From: Alphaproteobacteria bacterium
Lineage (GTDB): Bacteria; Pseudomonadota; Alphaproteobacteria; MPNO01; UBA830
NCBI GenBank assembly: GCA_964291215.2
Contig: OZ219791.1
Span: forward strand, 3,232,001 to 3,296,000
Length of the DNA stretch: 64,000 nucleotides
Direction: 5' to 3'
The translations under genes were made by a program, and so were the position numbers. The notes beneath the pieces were generated by a model, which saw nothing but the letters and a program-made list of their open reading frames with translations, searched no databases and was not told the origin of the DNA. This document shows positions 19,214 to 30,065 of the stretch, piece by piece. Position 1 is the first letter of the stretch. Every line of letters starts with the position of its first letter.

Positions 19214-20143
19214 ATGACTGACGTGACGGCAGCGATGGTCAAGCAACTGCGCGACAAGTCCGGTGCCGGGATGATGGATTGCAAGCGCGCCCTGACAGAG
19301 TCCGGCGGCGAGATCGAGGCAGCCATAGACTGGCTTCGCAAGAAGGGGCTGGCGACGGCGGCCAAGAAGGCTGGGCGTGTTGCTGCGGAGGGGCTTGTCG
19401 CTGCTGCCACGGATGGCGGCAGGGGCATCATCATAGAGTTGAACTCCGAGACCGATTTCGTGGCGCGCAACACGGAATTCCAGGACTTGGTGGGTGCGGT
19501 CGCGGAGGTGGCCCTCGGCACCGATGGCGACATGGACTCGGTCGCCGCGGCGACCACGGCCGACGGCAGGACCGTTTCCGACAGGATCACGGATCTCATA
19601 GGGGAGATCGGCGAGAACCTCGTGCTGCGACGCACTGCGGCGGTGTCCGTTGGCCGCGGAACCGTGTCGAGCTACATCCACAATGCCGCCGCGCCCGGCC
19701 TCGGCCGGATCGCCGTTCTCGTGGGCCTCGAATCGGAAGCGGACAGCGACGCACTCGGCGAATTCGGCCGCAAGCTGGCAATGCATATTGCGGCCGCCAG
19801 CCCGTCTTGGCTGTCCCGGGATGACGTCGATGCGGCCAGCACCGAGCGCGAGCGCGAAATACTGCGCGAACAGGCGCGGTCCGAAGGCAAACCCGAGCAG
19901 ATCGTCGACAAGATGGTCGAAGGCCGCATGAGAAAGTACTTCGAGGAGGTCTGCCTGCTTGATCAGACCTACGTTATCGACGGGGAGTCGCGGGTGTCGG
20001 CCGCCGTGGAGGCCGCCGCCGCCGAACTTGCCTCGCCCGTCACCGTGGCGGGCTTCGTCCGCTACCAGCTCGGAGAAGGAGTCGAGAGGGCGGAGACCGA
20101 CTTTGCGGCCGAGGTGACGGCTGCCAGGGGTGGTCAAGGCTGA
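19214..20143 (+). CDS. tsf: Elongation factor Ts
   Basis: [28 protein letters not shown]. Confidence 0.98.
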   Translation: MTDVTAAMVKQLRDKSGAGMMDCKRALTESGGEIEAAIDWLRKKGLATAAKKAGRVAAEGLVAAATDGGRGIIIELNSETDFVARNTEFQDLVGAVAEVALGTDGDMDSVAAATTADGRTVSDRITDLIGEIGENLVLRRTAAVSVGRGTVSSYIHNAAAPGLGRIAVLVGLESEADSDALGEFGRKLAMHIAAASPSWLSRDDVDAASTEREREILREQARSEGKPEQIVDKMVEGRMRKYFEEVCLLDQTYVIDGESRVSAAVEAAAAELASPVTVAGFVRYQLGEGVERAETDFAAEVTAARGGQG

Positions 20144-20151
20144 TCGATGCG

Positions 20152-20904
20152 ATGACCGATGGGGGCCAGCCGCGGTTCGGGCGCGTTCTTCTCAAGCTGT
20201 CGGGCGAAGCCCTGATAGGTGCCGAGGCATTCGGGATTGATACCGAGGCCGTCGATCGCATCGCCCGGGAAATCCGCACGGTGACCGATCTCGGCACGCA
20301 GGTCTGCGTCGTCATCGGCGGCGGCAACATCTTTCGTGGCGTTTCCGGTGCGGCATCGGGGCTGGAACGTGGGACGGCGGACTACATGGGCATGCTTGCC
20401 ACGGTGGTGAACGCCCTGGCCCTCCAGGGCGCGCTGGAGCGGGTGAATGTGTCGACGCGGGTGCAGTCGGCGATTCCGATGAACACGATCTGCGAATCCT
20501 ATATCCGCCGGCGAGCAGCCCGCCACATGGAGAAGGGCCGCGTCGTGATCTTTGCAGCCGGCACGGGTAACCCCTATTTCACCACCGACACCGCTGCCGC
20601 GCTGCGGGCGACGGAAATGAACTGTGACGGGATCTTCAAGGGAACGCAGGTTGACGGCGTCTATTCGGCGGATCCTCACAAGGTCGCAGATGCCGAGCGC
20701 TACGACCGGCTGAGCTATCTGGAGGTTCTGTCGAAGGACCTCCGCGTTATGGACGCGTCCGCGATTTCCCTCGCCCGTGAAAACCGAATTCCCATCGTGG
20801 TGTTTTCGATACATAATCCGGACGCGTTTGCCGACGTCATCAAGGGTGCCGGCGCATACACGATAATCAACGAAGAGCGGCAAGAAGGGCAATCCGATGT
20901 CTGA
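20152..20904 (+). CDS. pyrH: UMP kinase
   Basis: [27 protein letters not shown]. Confidence 0.98.
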   Translation: MTDGGQPRFGRVLLKLSGEALIGAEAFGIDTEAVDRIAREIRTVTDLGTQVCVVIGGGNIFRGVSGAASGLERGTADYMGMLATVVNALALQGALERVNVSTRVQSAIPMNTICESYIRRRAARHMEKGRVVIFAAGTGNPYFTTDTAAALRATEMNCDGIFKGTQVDGVYSADPHKVADAERYDRLSYLEVLSKDLRVMDASAISLARENRIPIVVFSIHNPDAFADVIKGAGAYTIINEERQEGQSDV

Positions 20905-21454
20905 CCCGGATATGGGCGACCTCAAGAGGCGCATGAACGGCGCGATCGAGGTTCTGAAATCCGAATTCGGCGGCCTCCGGACCGGGCGGGCGTCGCCGGC
21001 TCTTCTGGAGCCGATTGCCGTAGATGCCTACGGATCGAAGATGCCGATGAGTCAGGTCGGCACCATCAGCGCCCCTGATGCGCGCCTGCTTTCCGTTCAG
21101 GTCTGGGACAAGTCCCTCGTCTCGTCTGTCGAGAAGGCCATTCGGGAATCGGATCTGGGTCTCAACCCGCAGACCGAAGGGACGGTCATCAGAGTGCCGA
21201 TTCCGCAGCTTTCGGAAGAACGGCGCGTCGAGATGACCAAGGTCGCCGGGAACTATGCGGAACAGGCTAAGGTCGCCGTGCGCAATATCCGGCGCGACGG
21301 CATCGAATCTCTCAAGAAGGCAGAGAGGGGCGGCGAGATGTCCCAGGACGAACAGCACGCGTGGGCCGGGGAGATCCAGGAACTGACCGATTCCATGATC
21401 GAACAGATCGATGCCGCGCTCAAGACCAGGGAAGCGGAAATCATGCAGGTCTGA
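20897..21454 (+). CDS. frr: Ribosome recycling factor
   Basis: LRTGRAS, LGLNP, VRNIRRD. Confidence 0.98.
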   Translation: MSDPDMGDLKRRMNGAIEVLKSEFGGLRTGRASPALLEPIAVDAYGSKMPMSQVGTISAPDARLLSVQVWDKSLVSSVEKAIRESDLGLNPQTEGTVIRVPIPQLSEERRVEMTKVAGNYAEQAKVAVRNIRRDGIESLKKAERGGEMSQDEQHAWAGEIQELTDSMIEQIDAALKTREAEIMQV

Positions 21455-21770
21455 GCGCCGGGGCCGCCGGTTCGCGTCGCCCGTCCGCGGGGCCTGCCGG
21501 CAACCCGGCGGCGGTGGGGAGCCGCTGCGAAAGACCGTTTCTCGCACCGCTGTGCGACATGGGTACCGGAAATCACCATGACAAATCATGAAGATGGCAC
21601 TTGACGGCGGCTTCGGGGTGGCGGCAGGTCCGGCGAAACCGGCTGCGGCCGGCGTACCGGGCGGCGCCGGCTGTCTCCGGCGGGCGGTGTTGTGCACCGT
21701 ATCGACCGGACCAGCGCGGCGCCGGATGGCCCGGACAGCGGCGCGGTGCGGCTGGCGGAGGGGTTGAGAC

Positions 21771-22508
21771 GTGGCGGTGCTAGCTCAAGCCGACGGCGGT
21801 GCGCCGTATTTTCCGGAACATGTGGCCATTATCATGGACGGAAACGGCCGCTGGGCGCTGTCGCAGGGCTTGCCGCGGGCATCCGGGCACCCGGAAGGTG
21901 CCGAGGCGGTCCGGCGCATCATAGCGGCGTCGCTCGAATTCGGAATCCGCCATCTGACCCTCTACGGGTTCTCGATGGAGAACTGGAACCGCCCCCCGGC
22001 CGAAGTGCAGGCGCTGATGACGTTCCTGCGGACAAACCTTGCCGAGGAATCCGCCAAGCTCGATGCTCATGGCGTCCGCCTCGTGTTCATCGGCGACCGC
22101 AGCCGGCTCGGCCATGACATTGCGTTGTGTCTCGACGACGCCGAACGCCGTACAAGGAACAACACGAGACTCGATGTCATCGTCGCGCTCAGCTACGGCG
22201 GTCGGCAGGAAATCACGTCGGCCGTGAGGCGGCTCGCTGGCAAGGTGGCCTGCGGACAGATCGAGGCTGCGGAGATCGACGAGCGGATGGTCAGCGAGCA
22301 CCTGTTCACTTCGGACGTGCCGGATCCCGATCTTGTCATCCGCACCGGCGGAGAGCGGCGCATCAGCAATTTCCTGCTGTGGCAGGTCGCCTATTCGGAG
22401 TTCATCTTCACCGATGTCCTGTGGCCGGATTTCTCGCGCGAGCATCTCGCGGAATGCCTTGACGAGTTCGGGCGCAGAAACAGGCGCTATGGCGCACTCT
22501 CGGCCTGA
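21771..22508 (+). CDS. uppS: Undecaprenyl/polyprenyl diphosphate synthase
   Basis: HVAIIMDGNGRWA, FSMENWNR, IRTGGERRISNFLLWQ. Confidence 0.96.
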   Translation: MAVLAQADGGAPYFPEHVAIIMDGNGRWALSQGLPRASGHPEGAEAVRRIIAASLEFGIRHLTLYGFSMENWNRPPAEVQALMTFLRTNLAEESAKLDAHGVRLVFIGDRSRLGHDIALCLDDAERRTRNNTRLDVIVALSYGGRQEITSAVRRLAGKVACGQIEAAEIDERMVSEHLFTSDVPDPDLVIRTGGERRISNFLLWQVAYSEFIFTDVLWPDFSREHLAECLDEFGRRNRRYGALSA

Positions 22509-23304
22509 AGGGGGGCGCGACAATCTCGCACTGCGCCTGGGTTCCGCCTGCGTGCTGGTGCCGCCGGTCGTTTTCGCGGTCCATGCCGGTTTTCCGTGGT
22601 ACGAGGGGGGCGTCGCCGTCGTCGTGACGTTGATGATCTGGGAATGGACGCGGGTCTGCGGCGCGCGCGCGGCGGCGGCGTCCGGACTGGTCCTCGCTGC
22701 CGCCGTCCTCGGGAGCTGTCTGGCGATTTCCGCGGCTACGCCGCAGGTTGCGGCCGCGACGGCCGCTGCGGCCGCCGTGATTCTCGCCGGTGTCCAGCTC
22801 CGCCGCGGCGTCAGCGAGGCCCTCATCTTCAGCTGTGGTGGATTGACAATCATTTCCTGCGCTGCCGCCCTCCTGTGGCTGCGGATCGGGGCCGAAGCCG
22901 GCCGCGAGCTTGTTTTCGGTCTCCTCTGCGCTGTATGGTGCACCGACACCGGTGCCTATTTCGTCGGCAGAGCGGTGGGCGGCCCCCGCCTTGCCCCCCG
23001 GATCAGCCCCGCAAAGACATGGGCAGGCCTTTGCGGGGGTATCGTCGGCGCGGCGGCATGCGGCTGGATCTGGGCGCGCCTCGCCGGTTTCGGCAGTCAC
23101 GGCTGGGCGATGGCATGCGGCGCGATGATCGCGTTGCTCGCGCAGGCCGGGGACCTGGCGATGTCCGCGGTCAAGCGGCGGTACGGGGTAAAGGATTCGA
23201 GCGGTCTCATCCCGGGGCATGGAGGCGTGCTCGATCGCGTTGACGGAATGCTCCTGACCGCGCCGGCGGTGGTCCTGGCGGTGGTGATCCTGGACGGAGC
23301 GTGA
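22489..23304 (+). CDS. cdsA: Phosphatidate cytidylyltransferase
   Basis: ISPAKTWAG, GDL..S.VKR..GVKDSSGLIPGHGGVLDRVD. Confidence 0.96.
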   Translation: MAHSRPEGGRDNLALRLGSACVLVPPVVFAVHAGFPWYEGGVAVVVTLMIWEWTRVCGARAAAASGLVLAAAVLGSCLAISAATPQVAAATAAAAAVILAGVQLRRGVSEALIFSCGGLTIISCAAALLWLRIGAEAGRELVFGLLCAVWCTDTGAYFVGRAVGGPRLAPRISPAKTWAGLCGGIVGAAACGWIWARLAGFGSHGWAMACGAMIALLAQAGDLAMSAVKRRYGVKDSSGLIPGHGGVLDRVDGMLLTAPAVVLAVVILDGA

Positions 23305-23307
23305 CGG

Positions 23308-24504
23308 ATGGGGACAGCGGACGCGACGCAGGGCAGGCGCAAGACGATCTCGATCCTGGGATCGACCGGGTCGGTGGGTTGCAGCACGATCGATCTGGTA
23401 CGGCGCGATCCCGGATCCTATCGGGTCGAGGCGCTCACAGCGCACCGCAATGTCGCTCTGCTGGCCGAACAGGCGCGGTCCCTCGATGCCGCCTGCGCGG
23501 TGATCGCCGATGGTCGGCTGTATGGCGATCTGCAGCGCGCGCTCGCGGGAACGGACACCGAGGTTGGCGGCGGGCCCGAGGCTGTCGCAGAAGCAGCGTC
23601 GCGGCCGGCCGACTGGATCATGGCGGCGATTGTCGGCGCCGCGGGCCTCGTGCCGACCCTTGAGGGGATTCGCCGGGGCGCGACGGTCGCGCTTGCCAAC
23701 AAGGAAAGCCTGGTCTGTGCAGGAGAGGTCGTGCTCGCCGAGGTCGCCGAGAGCGGCGCCGTGCTGCTGCCGGTCGATTCCGAGCACAATGCGATATTTC
23801 AGGTCTTCGATTCCGAATACCGGCCGGGAATCGAGAAGATAACGCTGACCGCTTCGGGCGGGCCCTTCCTGGACATGTCTGCCGAGGAGATGAGGGACGT
23901 CACGCCGGCGGCGGCTGTCGCTCATCCGAACTGGGACATGGGGGCCAAGATCTCGGCCGATTCCGCGACCATGATGAACAAGGGGCTGGAACTCATCGAG
24001 GCGCACTATCTGTTCGCGATGCCGGAGGACAGGATCGACATCCTGGTGCATCCCCAGTCGATCATCCACAGCATGGTGTCCTATATCGACGGGTCGGTCC
24101 TGGCGCAGCTGGGGACGCCCGACATGCGTACGCCGATCGCCCATGCGCTTGGCTGGCCGGAGCGGATCCCTGCGCCGAGCGGGCGGCTGAAACTGGGCGA
24201 GATAGCGACGCTCACCTTCCAGGCCCCCGACCCGGTGCGGTTTCCGGCGCTTCGGCTGGCGCGTGAGGCGCTGACAGTCGGCCAGTCCTGTCCGACCGTC
24301 CTCAATGCTGCGAATGAAACGGCCGTAGAGGGCTTTTTGGCGGGCCGGCTCGGGTTTCTGGATATCGCCAGGATCGTCGAGGAGACGCTGTCGGGAATCC
24401 CGCGGTCGCCGATTCGGTCGATCGACGACGTCATGGCGGTCGATTCGGAGGCGCGCGCATACGCCGGCGGGGTCGTGTCGGCCCCCCTGGTCACGTACGG
24501 CTAG
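23308..24504 (+). CDS. dxr: 1-deoxy-D-xylulose-5-phosphate reductoisomerase
   Basis: LGSTGSVG, LANKESLV, PVDSEH, HPNWDMGAKIS. Confidence 0.98.
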   Translation: MGTADATQGRRKTISILGSTGSVGCSTIDLVRRDPGSYRVEALTAHRNVALLAEQARSLDAACAVIADGRLYGDLQRALAGTDTEVGGGPEAVAEAASRPADWIMAAIVGAAGLVPTLEGIRRGATVALANKESLVCAGEVVLAEVAESGAVLLPVDSEHNAIFQVFDSEYRPGIEKITLTASGGPFLDMSAEEMRDVTPAAAVAHPNWDMGAKISADSATMMNKGLELIEAHYLFAMPEDRIDILVHPQSIIHSMVSYIDGSVLAQLGTPDMRTPIAHALGWPERIPAPSGRLKLGEIATLTFQAPDPVRFPALRLAREALTVGQSCPTVLNAANETAVEGFLAGRLGFLDIARIVEETLSGIPRSPIRSIDDVMAVDSEARAYAGGVVSAPLVTYG

Positions 24505-24525
24505 CGGCGGAAAGGAAAGCGTGCG

Positions 24526-25665
24526 ATGGAGGTACTTGCCGCCGTCTGGAACTATCTGATTCCCTTTCTCGTGATCTTCACCGTGGTCGTGTTCGTGCAT
24601 GAGATGGGCCACTACCTGATCGCGCGGCGCTGCGGCGTGCGCGTCGAGATCTTCTCGATCGGGATCGGCACCGAAATATTCGCCCGCACCGACCGTCACG
24701 GCACCCGCTGGAGAATCGGCGCGGTGCCCGTGGGCGGTTATGTCAAGATGCGTGGCGAGATGCAGCCGCTGCCCGGTCCGGTGCAACAGGCAATCGCCGG
24801 CACGGAGGGGAAGGACGACGATTCGTTCGAGACCAAGACGGTGATGCAGCGCGCCCTCATCGTCGCCGGCGGGCCCCTGGCGAATTTCGTGCTGGCCATC
24901 GTTCTGCTGGCGGGCATGTTCGCCACCCTCGGGCAGCCATACACGCCGGCGGATGTCGGGAAGGTGCTGCCGGGCAGCGCCGCCGAAAGGGCGGGCTTCC
25001 AGCCCGGAGACCTGATCACAGGGATCGACGGAACCCGCATCGAGCGCTTCGAGGAGGTGGTGCAGGTCGTTCAGCTCCATCCTGCGACGGCGCTGGAATT
25101 CCGGTTGATCCGCGACGGCCGGCAGATAACGCTGACAGCGGTCCCCGACACCGTCGATCTCCAGGATCGTTTCGGGAACCCGATGAGGATAGGCAGGCTT
25201 GGCATCTCGCGCGGTGCGGGCGACACCAAGCTGGTCCGTCACGATCCGTTTACCGCGGTATGGCGCGCGACCGGCCATACATTTTCCCTCGTCGGCGATA
25301 TTTTCTCCAGTATCGGCCAGATCATCGACGGTCGGCGAACGACGGAGGAACTCGGCGGCCCGATCCGCATTGCCAAGATATCCGGCGATGTATGGCAGAC
25401 CGGTTTTCTCGGCGTGTTGACGTTTGTTGTCCTGCTGTCTATCAATCTCGGGCTGGTGAACCTGTTGCCGATTCCGATGCTTGATGGAGGGCATCTTGTG
25501 TTCTATGCGGTCGAAGCCCTGCGCGGCAGGCCTCTTGGCGCCAGGGCACAGGAATTGGGGCTCCGGGTGGGGCTGGGCATGGTCCTCGCGCTGATGGTCT
25601 TTGCAACCTGGAACGATCTTGTCCAGCTGAGAGTTATCGATTTCCTTGTTGGTCTCGCTACATGA
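24526..25665 (+). CDS. rseP: RIP metalloprotease RseP
   Basis: HEMGH, PDZ domain, NLLPIPMLDGG. Confidence 0.96.
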   Translation: MEVLAAVWNYLIPFLVIFTVVVFVHEMGHYLIARRCGVRVEIFSIGIGTEIFARTDRHGTRWRIGAVPVGGYVKMRGEMQPLPGPVQQAIAGTEGKDDDSFETKTVMQRALIVAGGPLANFVLAIVLLAGMFATLGQPYTPADVGKVLPGSAAERAGFQPGDLITGIDGTRIERFEEVVQVVQLHPATALEFRLIRDGRQITLTAVPDTVDLQDRFGNPMRIGRLGISRGAGDTKLVRHDPFTAVWRATGHTFSLVGDIFSSIGQIIDGRRTTEELGGPIRIAKISGDVWQTGFLGVLTFVVLLSINLGLVNLLPIPMLDGGHLVFYAVEALRGRPLGARAQELGLRVGLGMVLALMVFATWNDLVQLRVIDFLVGLAT

Positions 25666-27965
25666 CAATCATCTCTTGGCTTGCGAATACGGGTTTGCAC
25701 CTTCGACAACAGGGAGCCGCGGCGCGATTGTTCGCGCTTGCAACCGCGCTACTGCTGGCCGCGGCGAGCCAGGCGGGCGCCAGCCAGATCCGCATCGAGG
25801 GCAACCAGCGCATCGAGGCTGAGACGGTGCGCCAGTACATGAGGTTGAAGCCCGATCGTGAAGCGACGGACGAGGAGCTCGACAGGGCGCTCAAGGCGCT
25901 TTTTGACAGCGGGCTGTTTGCCGATGTCGAGGTGCGGCGCGATGGCCCGGATGTTGTCGTCCGGGTGGTCGAAAATCCGATAATCAACCGCATAGCCTTC
26001 GAGGGAAACAAGCGGATTTCCGACGAGGATCTGCGCGCCGAGATCGAGTTGCGTCCCCGTATCGTGTTTACACGCCCCCGCGTCCAGCGCGATGTTCAGC
26101 GCATCGTTGACATCTATCGGCGAAGCGGCCGTTACACGACGTCGGTGGAGCCAAAGGTCGTCCAGCTGCCGCAAAACCGTCTCGATCTCATCTTCGAGAT
26201 CGCTGAAGGAAGCCTCACGGAGATTCGCAGCATCACGTTCACGGGCAACCGTGCATTCGACGATGGAGATCTTCGCGAAGTCGTTCAGACCAAGGAAAGC
26301 GCGTGGTACCGCATCTTCAGTTCGGGGGACACATATGACCCCGACCGCCTGGCCTTTGACCGCGAACTCCTGCGTCGTCACTACCTGTCGGAGGGCTACG
26401 CCGACTTTCGCGTGATTACTGCCGCAGGCGAACTCACGCCCGAGAAGGACGCCTTCTTCATAACGTTTTCGGTCAGCGAGGGAAGCCGCTACAAGTTCGG
26501 CAAGATCGATATCGAATCGGCTCTCAAGGAAATCGACATCGAGGCACTCCGGGCTGAGCTGACGGTCGCATCGGGTGACTGGTACGATGCCGAAGAGGTC
26601 GAGAACAGCATTGGCAAGCTTACCGACGCGCTCGGCAATCGGGGCTATGCGCTCGCCGAGGTTCAGCCGCAGATAGCGCGCGATCGCGACAACCTCGCTG
26701 TAGATGTCAGGTTTGTCATAAGCGAAAGTGAGCGAGTGGTTGTCGAGCGGATCGAAATTTCCGGAAACATACGGACCGAGGACAGCGTCATCAGGCGCGA
26801 GATGCTGCTTGTCGAGGGAGACATATTCAATACCTACAGGCTCCGCCGCAGCCGTCAGAGAATCACCAATCTCGGCTTCTTCGACAAGATCGATGTCACC
26901 CGGGAACCCGGCAGCGCCGATGACCGCACGATCATCAAGATCGCGGTCCGCGAAAAAGCCACCGGCGAGCTCTCGGTCGGCGTTGGCTACTCCACGGACG
27001 GCGGTGCGCTGACCGATCTCAATATTCGCGAAAGAAATCTCCTTGGCCGGGGACAGGACCTGCAGCTCAACCTTAAGCTGGGTGTGCAACAGACCGAGAT
27101 CGTCCTTGGCTTCACCGAGCCGTATTTCCTCGAGAAGGAACTCTCGGCCGGGTTTGACATCTTTCGCACCACCGACGACCTCCAGGACCTGAGTTCTTAT
27201 GACAGCGAGAGGATCGGGTTCGGATTGCGCGCGGGTTACAGAATTACCGAACCGCTGTCGCAAAGATGGACATATACCCTTGAGCAGACGGAGATTCAAA
27301 ATGTCCCCGCGAATGCGTCGAGGGCGGTCAGGGAAGAGCAGGGAAAAACGCTAACATCATCGATCGGGCAGACGCTGCTTTATGATACGCGCGACAACCG
27401 TTTTGACCCGAACGAGGGGTATTCCGTGCAGTTGCGCAATGTCTTTGCCGGTCTCGGCGGCGACCGTACCAACCTGCGCAGCGAAGTGGAAGGAGACTAC
27501 TTCCGCCCACTGACGGACGATCTGACCCTGATCGCCTTGGTCGGTGTCGGATATATTCTCGATTTTGGTGAGCCGACGCGCCTGTCGGAACGCTATTTTC
27601 TCGGCGGATCGAATCTGCGCGGTTTCCGGTCGCGCGGCACCGGGCCGCGCGACCGGGCAAGCACCGACGCCTTGGGAGGCAACTGGTTCTACCGCGCTTC
27701 GCTCCGCCTGAGCTTCCCGCTTGGCCTGCCCGATGAGCTGGGACTCAAGGGCAGCGTGTTTACCGATGCAGGGACGCTCAGCGGGATAGACTTGGCTTCT
27801 GCCACACCGATCTGGGACGAGAGTTCGCTGCGGGCCGCGATCGGGGCCGGCCTGTCCTGGGTCTCGCCCGTGGGCCCGATGACATTCAGTTGGGCGTGGC
27901 CGATAGCCAAGGAGAACTTTGACAAGACCGAACTGTTTCGCCTCGGCATAGGCACCAGGTTCTGA
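25662..27965 (+). CDS. bamA: Outer membrane protein assembly factor BamA
   Basis: POTRA repeats, LRGF loop, C-terminal GTRF; start uncertain. Confidence 0.97.
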   Translation: MTIISWLANTGLHLRQQGAAARLFALATALLLAAASQAGASQIRIEGNQRIEAETVRQYMRLKPDREATDEELDRALKALFDSGLFADVEVRRDGPDVVVRVVENPIINRIAFEGNKRISDEDLRAEIELRPRIVFTRPRVQRDVQRIVDIYRRSGRYTTSVEPKVVQLPQNRLDLIFEIAEGSLTEIRSITFTGNRAFDDGDLREVVQTKESAWYRIFSSGDTYDPDRLAFDRELLRRHYLSEGYADFRVITAAGELTPEKDAFFITFSVSEGSRYKFGKIDIESALKEIDIEALRAELTVASGDWYDAEEVENSIGKLTDALGNRGYALAEVQPQIARDRDNLAVDVRFVISESERVVVERIEISGNIRTEDSVIRREMLLVEGDIFNTYRLRRSRQRITNLGFFDKIDVTREPGSADDRTIIKIAVREKATGELSVGVGYSTDGGALTDLNIRERNLLGRGQDLQLNLKLGVQQTEIVLGFTEPYFLEKELSAGFDIFRTTDDLQDLSSYDSERIGFGLRAGYRITEPLSQRWTYTLEQTEIQNVPANASRAVREEQGKTLTSSIGQTLLYDTRDNRFDPNEGYSVQLRNVFAGLGGDRTNLRSEVEGDYFRPLTDDLTLIALVGVGYILDFGEPTRLSERYFLGGSNLRGFRSRGTGPRDRASTDALGGNWFYRASLRLSFPLGLPDELGLKGSVFTDAGTLSGIDLASATPIWDESSLRAAIGAGLSWVSPVGPMTFSWAWPIAKENFDKTELFRLGIGTRF

Positions 27966-28561
27966 TGTTGACGGAACGCCTTCGCCGTCTCGGAATCCTG
28001 GCCATCGTCACCTTGGCGGCGGCGCCCGCAGTCTGGTCGGCACCCCGCGCCCAGACCGCGGACGGTGTCCGTATCGGGATAATCGATGTCCAGCGGGTCT
28101 TCACCGATGCCAAGGCCGCGAAGAGCGTTCGCGGGGAAATGGATAATATTCGCAGGCAATTCCAGGAAGATGTTCGCGCGCAGGAGCGAAAACTGCGCGA
28201 GTCGGCGCGCCAGCTCATGGAGCAAAAGGTGCTCCTCTCCGAGCAGGAATTCTCGAGGCGGCGGCGGGCGCTCGAAGATGAGGGGAGAAGGGCGCAGGAG
28301 GCGGTTCGCGAGCGCAAGCAGAAACTCGACCGGGCTTTCAGCAGGACCAGGAACGTCATCATGAAGGATCTGGTTGCGGTTACCAGAGACCTCCGGAAGT
28401 CACGCGACATAGACATAGTCTTGGAAAAGCGTGACGTGTTCTTGGCCGTGTCGGCCCTCGACCTGACACCGGAAATCATCAAGCGCCTCGACAAGAGACT
28501 GCCCAAGGTCGCGCTGCAGCTGGATGATTCCGGAAGCGACAAGGGCAAGGGAAAGCAGTAA
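27965..28561 (+). CDS. skp: OmpH/Skp family chaperone
   Basis: Signal peptide, IGIIDVQRV, coiled coil, LDLTPEII; lies between bamA and lpxD. Confidence 0.88.
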   Translation: MLTERLRRLGILAIVTLAAAPAVWSAPRAQTADGVRIGIIDVQRVFTDAKAAKSVRGEMDNIRRQFQEDVRAQERKLRESARQLMEQKVLLSEQEFSRRRRALEDEGRRAQEAVRERKQKLDRAFSRTRNVIMKDLVAVTRDLRKSRDIDIVLEKRDVFLAVSALDLTPEIIKRLDKRLPKVALQLDDSGSDKGKGKQ

Positions 28562-28563
28562 AC

Positions 28564-29595
28564 GTGCCGGACGCCCGGTTTTTTCCGCCCGCGGGTCCGT
28601 TTTCCCTCCTTCAACTGGCGGAAATCGCGGGCGCGGAACTGCGCGCCGACGGCGATCACGGGCGCATGCTGGCCAACGTAGCGCCGCTCGACAGCGCGAC
28701 CGCAGACGATGTGAGCTTCCTCGACAACAGGCTCTATGTCGACCAGTTTCGTGTCACGGCGGCCGGCTGCGTCATCGTCGCCGCCAGATTTGCCGGACAG
28801 GCTGCGGACGGAACCGGCCTCCTGATTTCCGAACGTCCCTACCTGTCCTACGCGCGGGTGGCGACGGCGTTCCACCCGGACTCCGACAGCATGTATGTAC
28901 CGACCGCAGGGGAGGCGAACGTTCATGAGAGCGCCGTCATCGGTGCCGGCACGAAGATCGCCAACGGCGCCGTGATCGGACCGCGCGCGCATGTCGGCAC
29001 GAACTGCGTGATCGGCGCCAACGCCTATATCGGCCATGCCGTGCAGATCGGCAATGATTGCCGCATCGCGCCTCTGGCATCCGTGCGCTGCGCCGTGCTT
29101 GGCGACAGGGTGGTTCTTCATGCCGGTGCGCGCCTGGGAGAGCCGGGATTCGGGTTTGCCGTCACGCCGGAGGCAATGGTGACGATTCCCCAGCTCGGGC
29201 GCGTAATTGTCGGCGACGATGTCGAGATCGGCGCCAACAGCACGGTGGATCGCGGCGCCGGGCCCGATACGGAGATCGGGGAGGGGACCCGGATTGATAA
29301 TCTGGTTCAGATCGGGCACAACACGCGGGTCGGACGGCGGTGCGTCATTGCGGGCATGGTTGGCATAGCAGGCAGCACGACGATCGGCGACGGCGTGATG
29401 TTGGGCGGGCAGAGTGGAATTGCGGGGCACCTCACGGTGGGTCAGGGCGCCCGGGTCGCGGCACAGGCCGGGATCATTCGCAGCGTGCCGCCGGGTTCCA
29501 CTGTGATGGGCCTTCCGGCGGTTCCGATAAAGCAATTCTTCCGGCAGGCGGTGGCGTTGTCGAAGTTGTCGCAGAAGAGGGAAGATCGCGAATGA
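28564..29595 (+). CDS. lpxD: UDP-3-O-acylglucosamine N-acyltransferase
   Basis: Hexapeptide repeats, GFGF, IDNLVQIGHN. Confidence 0.97.
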   Translation: MPDARFFPPAGPFSLLQLAEIAGAELRADGDHGRMLANVAPLDSATADDVSFLDNRLYVDQFRVTAAGCVIVAARFAGQAADGTGLLISERPYLSYARVATAFHPDSDSMYVPTAGEANVHESAVIGAGTKIANGAVIGPRAHVGTNCVIGANAYIGHAVQIGNDCRIAPLASVRCAVLGDRVVLHAGARLGEPGFGFAVTPEAMVTIPQLGRVIVGDDVEIGANSTVDRGAGPDTEIGEGTRIDNLVQIGHNTRVGRRCVIAGMVGIAGSTTIGDGVMLGGQSGIAGHLTVGQGARVAAQAGIIRSVPPGSTVMGLPAVPIKQFFRQAVALSKLSQKREDRE

Positions 29596-30065
29596 ACGGA
29601 TCTGAAACTGAAGTCGGCACCGGAAACGTCGAGATGAATGTACAGCGGATCATGGAGATGATTCCGCATCGCTACCCGTTTCTCATGATTGACCGCGTGG
29701 TGGAGATCATTGCCGGCATTAGCGCCACCTGCATAAAAAATGTGTCGATCAACGAGAATTTCTTCGCCGGCCATTTCCCGAAGGAAGCGGTCATGCCGGG
29801 AGTCCTGATCATCGAGGCCATGGCCCAGACGGCGGCGGTGTTCGTCGTCCACACGCTGGGTCGCGAGGCCGAGGGCAAGGTGGTCTATTTCATGTCGATA
29901 GAGAGCGCGCGTTTTCGGCGTCCGGTCAGGCCTGGTGATCAACTCGTGATAAAGGCCATCAAGCAGCAGAGCCGAAAGAATGTCTGGAAATTCAGTGCCA
30001 AGGCCACCGTTGGCGGGGAACTGGTTGCCGAGGCGAACTATGCCGCGATGATCATGGACAGCTGA
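29592..30065 (+). CDS. fabZ: 3-hydroxyacyl-ACP dehydratase
   Basis: IPHRYPFLMIDR, GHFP..VMPGVLIIEAMAQ. Confidence 0.98.
   Translation: MNGSETEVGTGNVEMNVQRIMEMIPHRYPFLMIDRVVEIIAGISATCIKNVSINENFFAGHFPKEAVMPGVLIIEAMAQTAAVFVVHTLGREAEGKVVYFMSIESARFRRPVRPGDQLVIKAIKQQSRKNVWKFSAKATVGGELVAEANYAAMIMDS

Noticed and set aside
22408-25668. 1086-aa minus-strand ORF
   Set aside because: Antisense shadow of cdsA-dxr-rseP in high-GC DNA; no motifs
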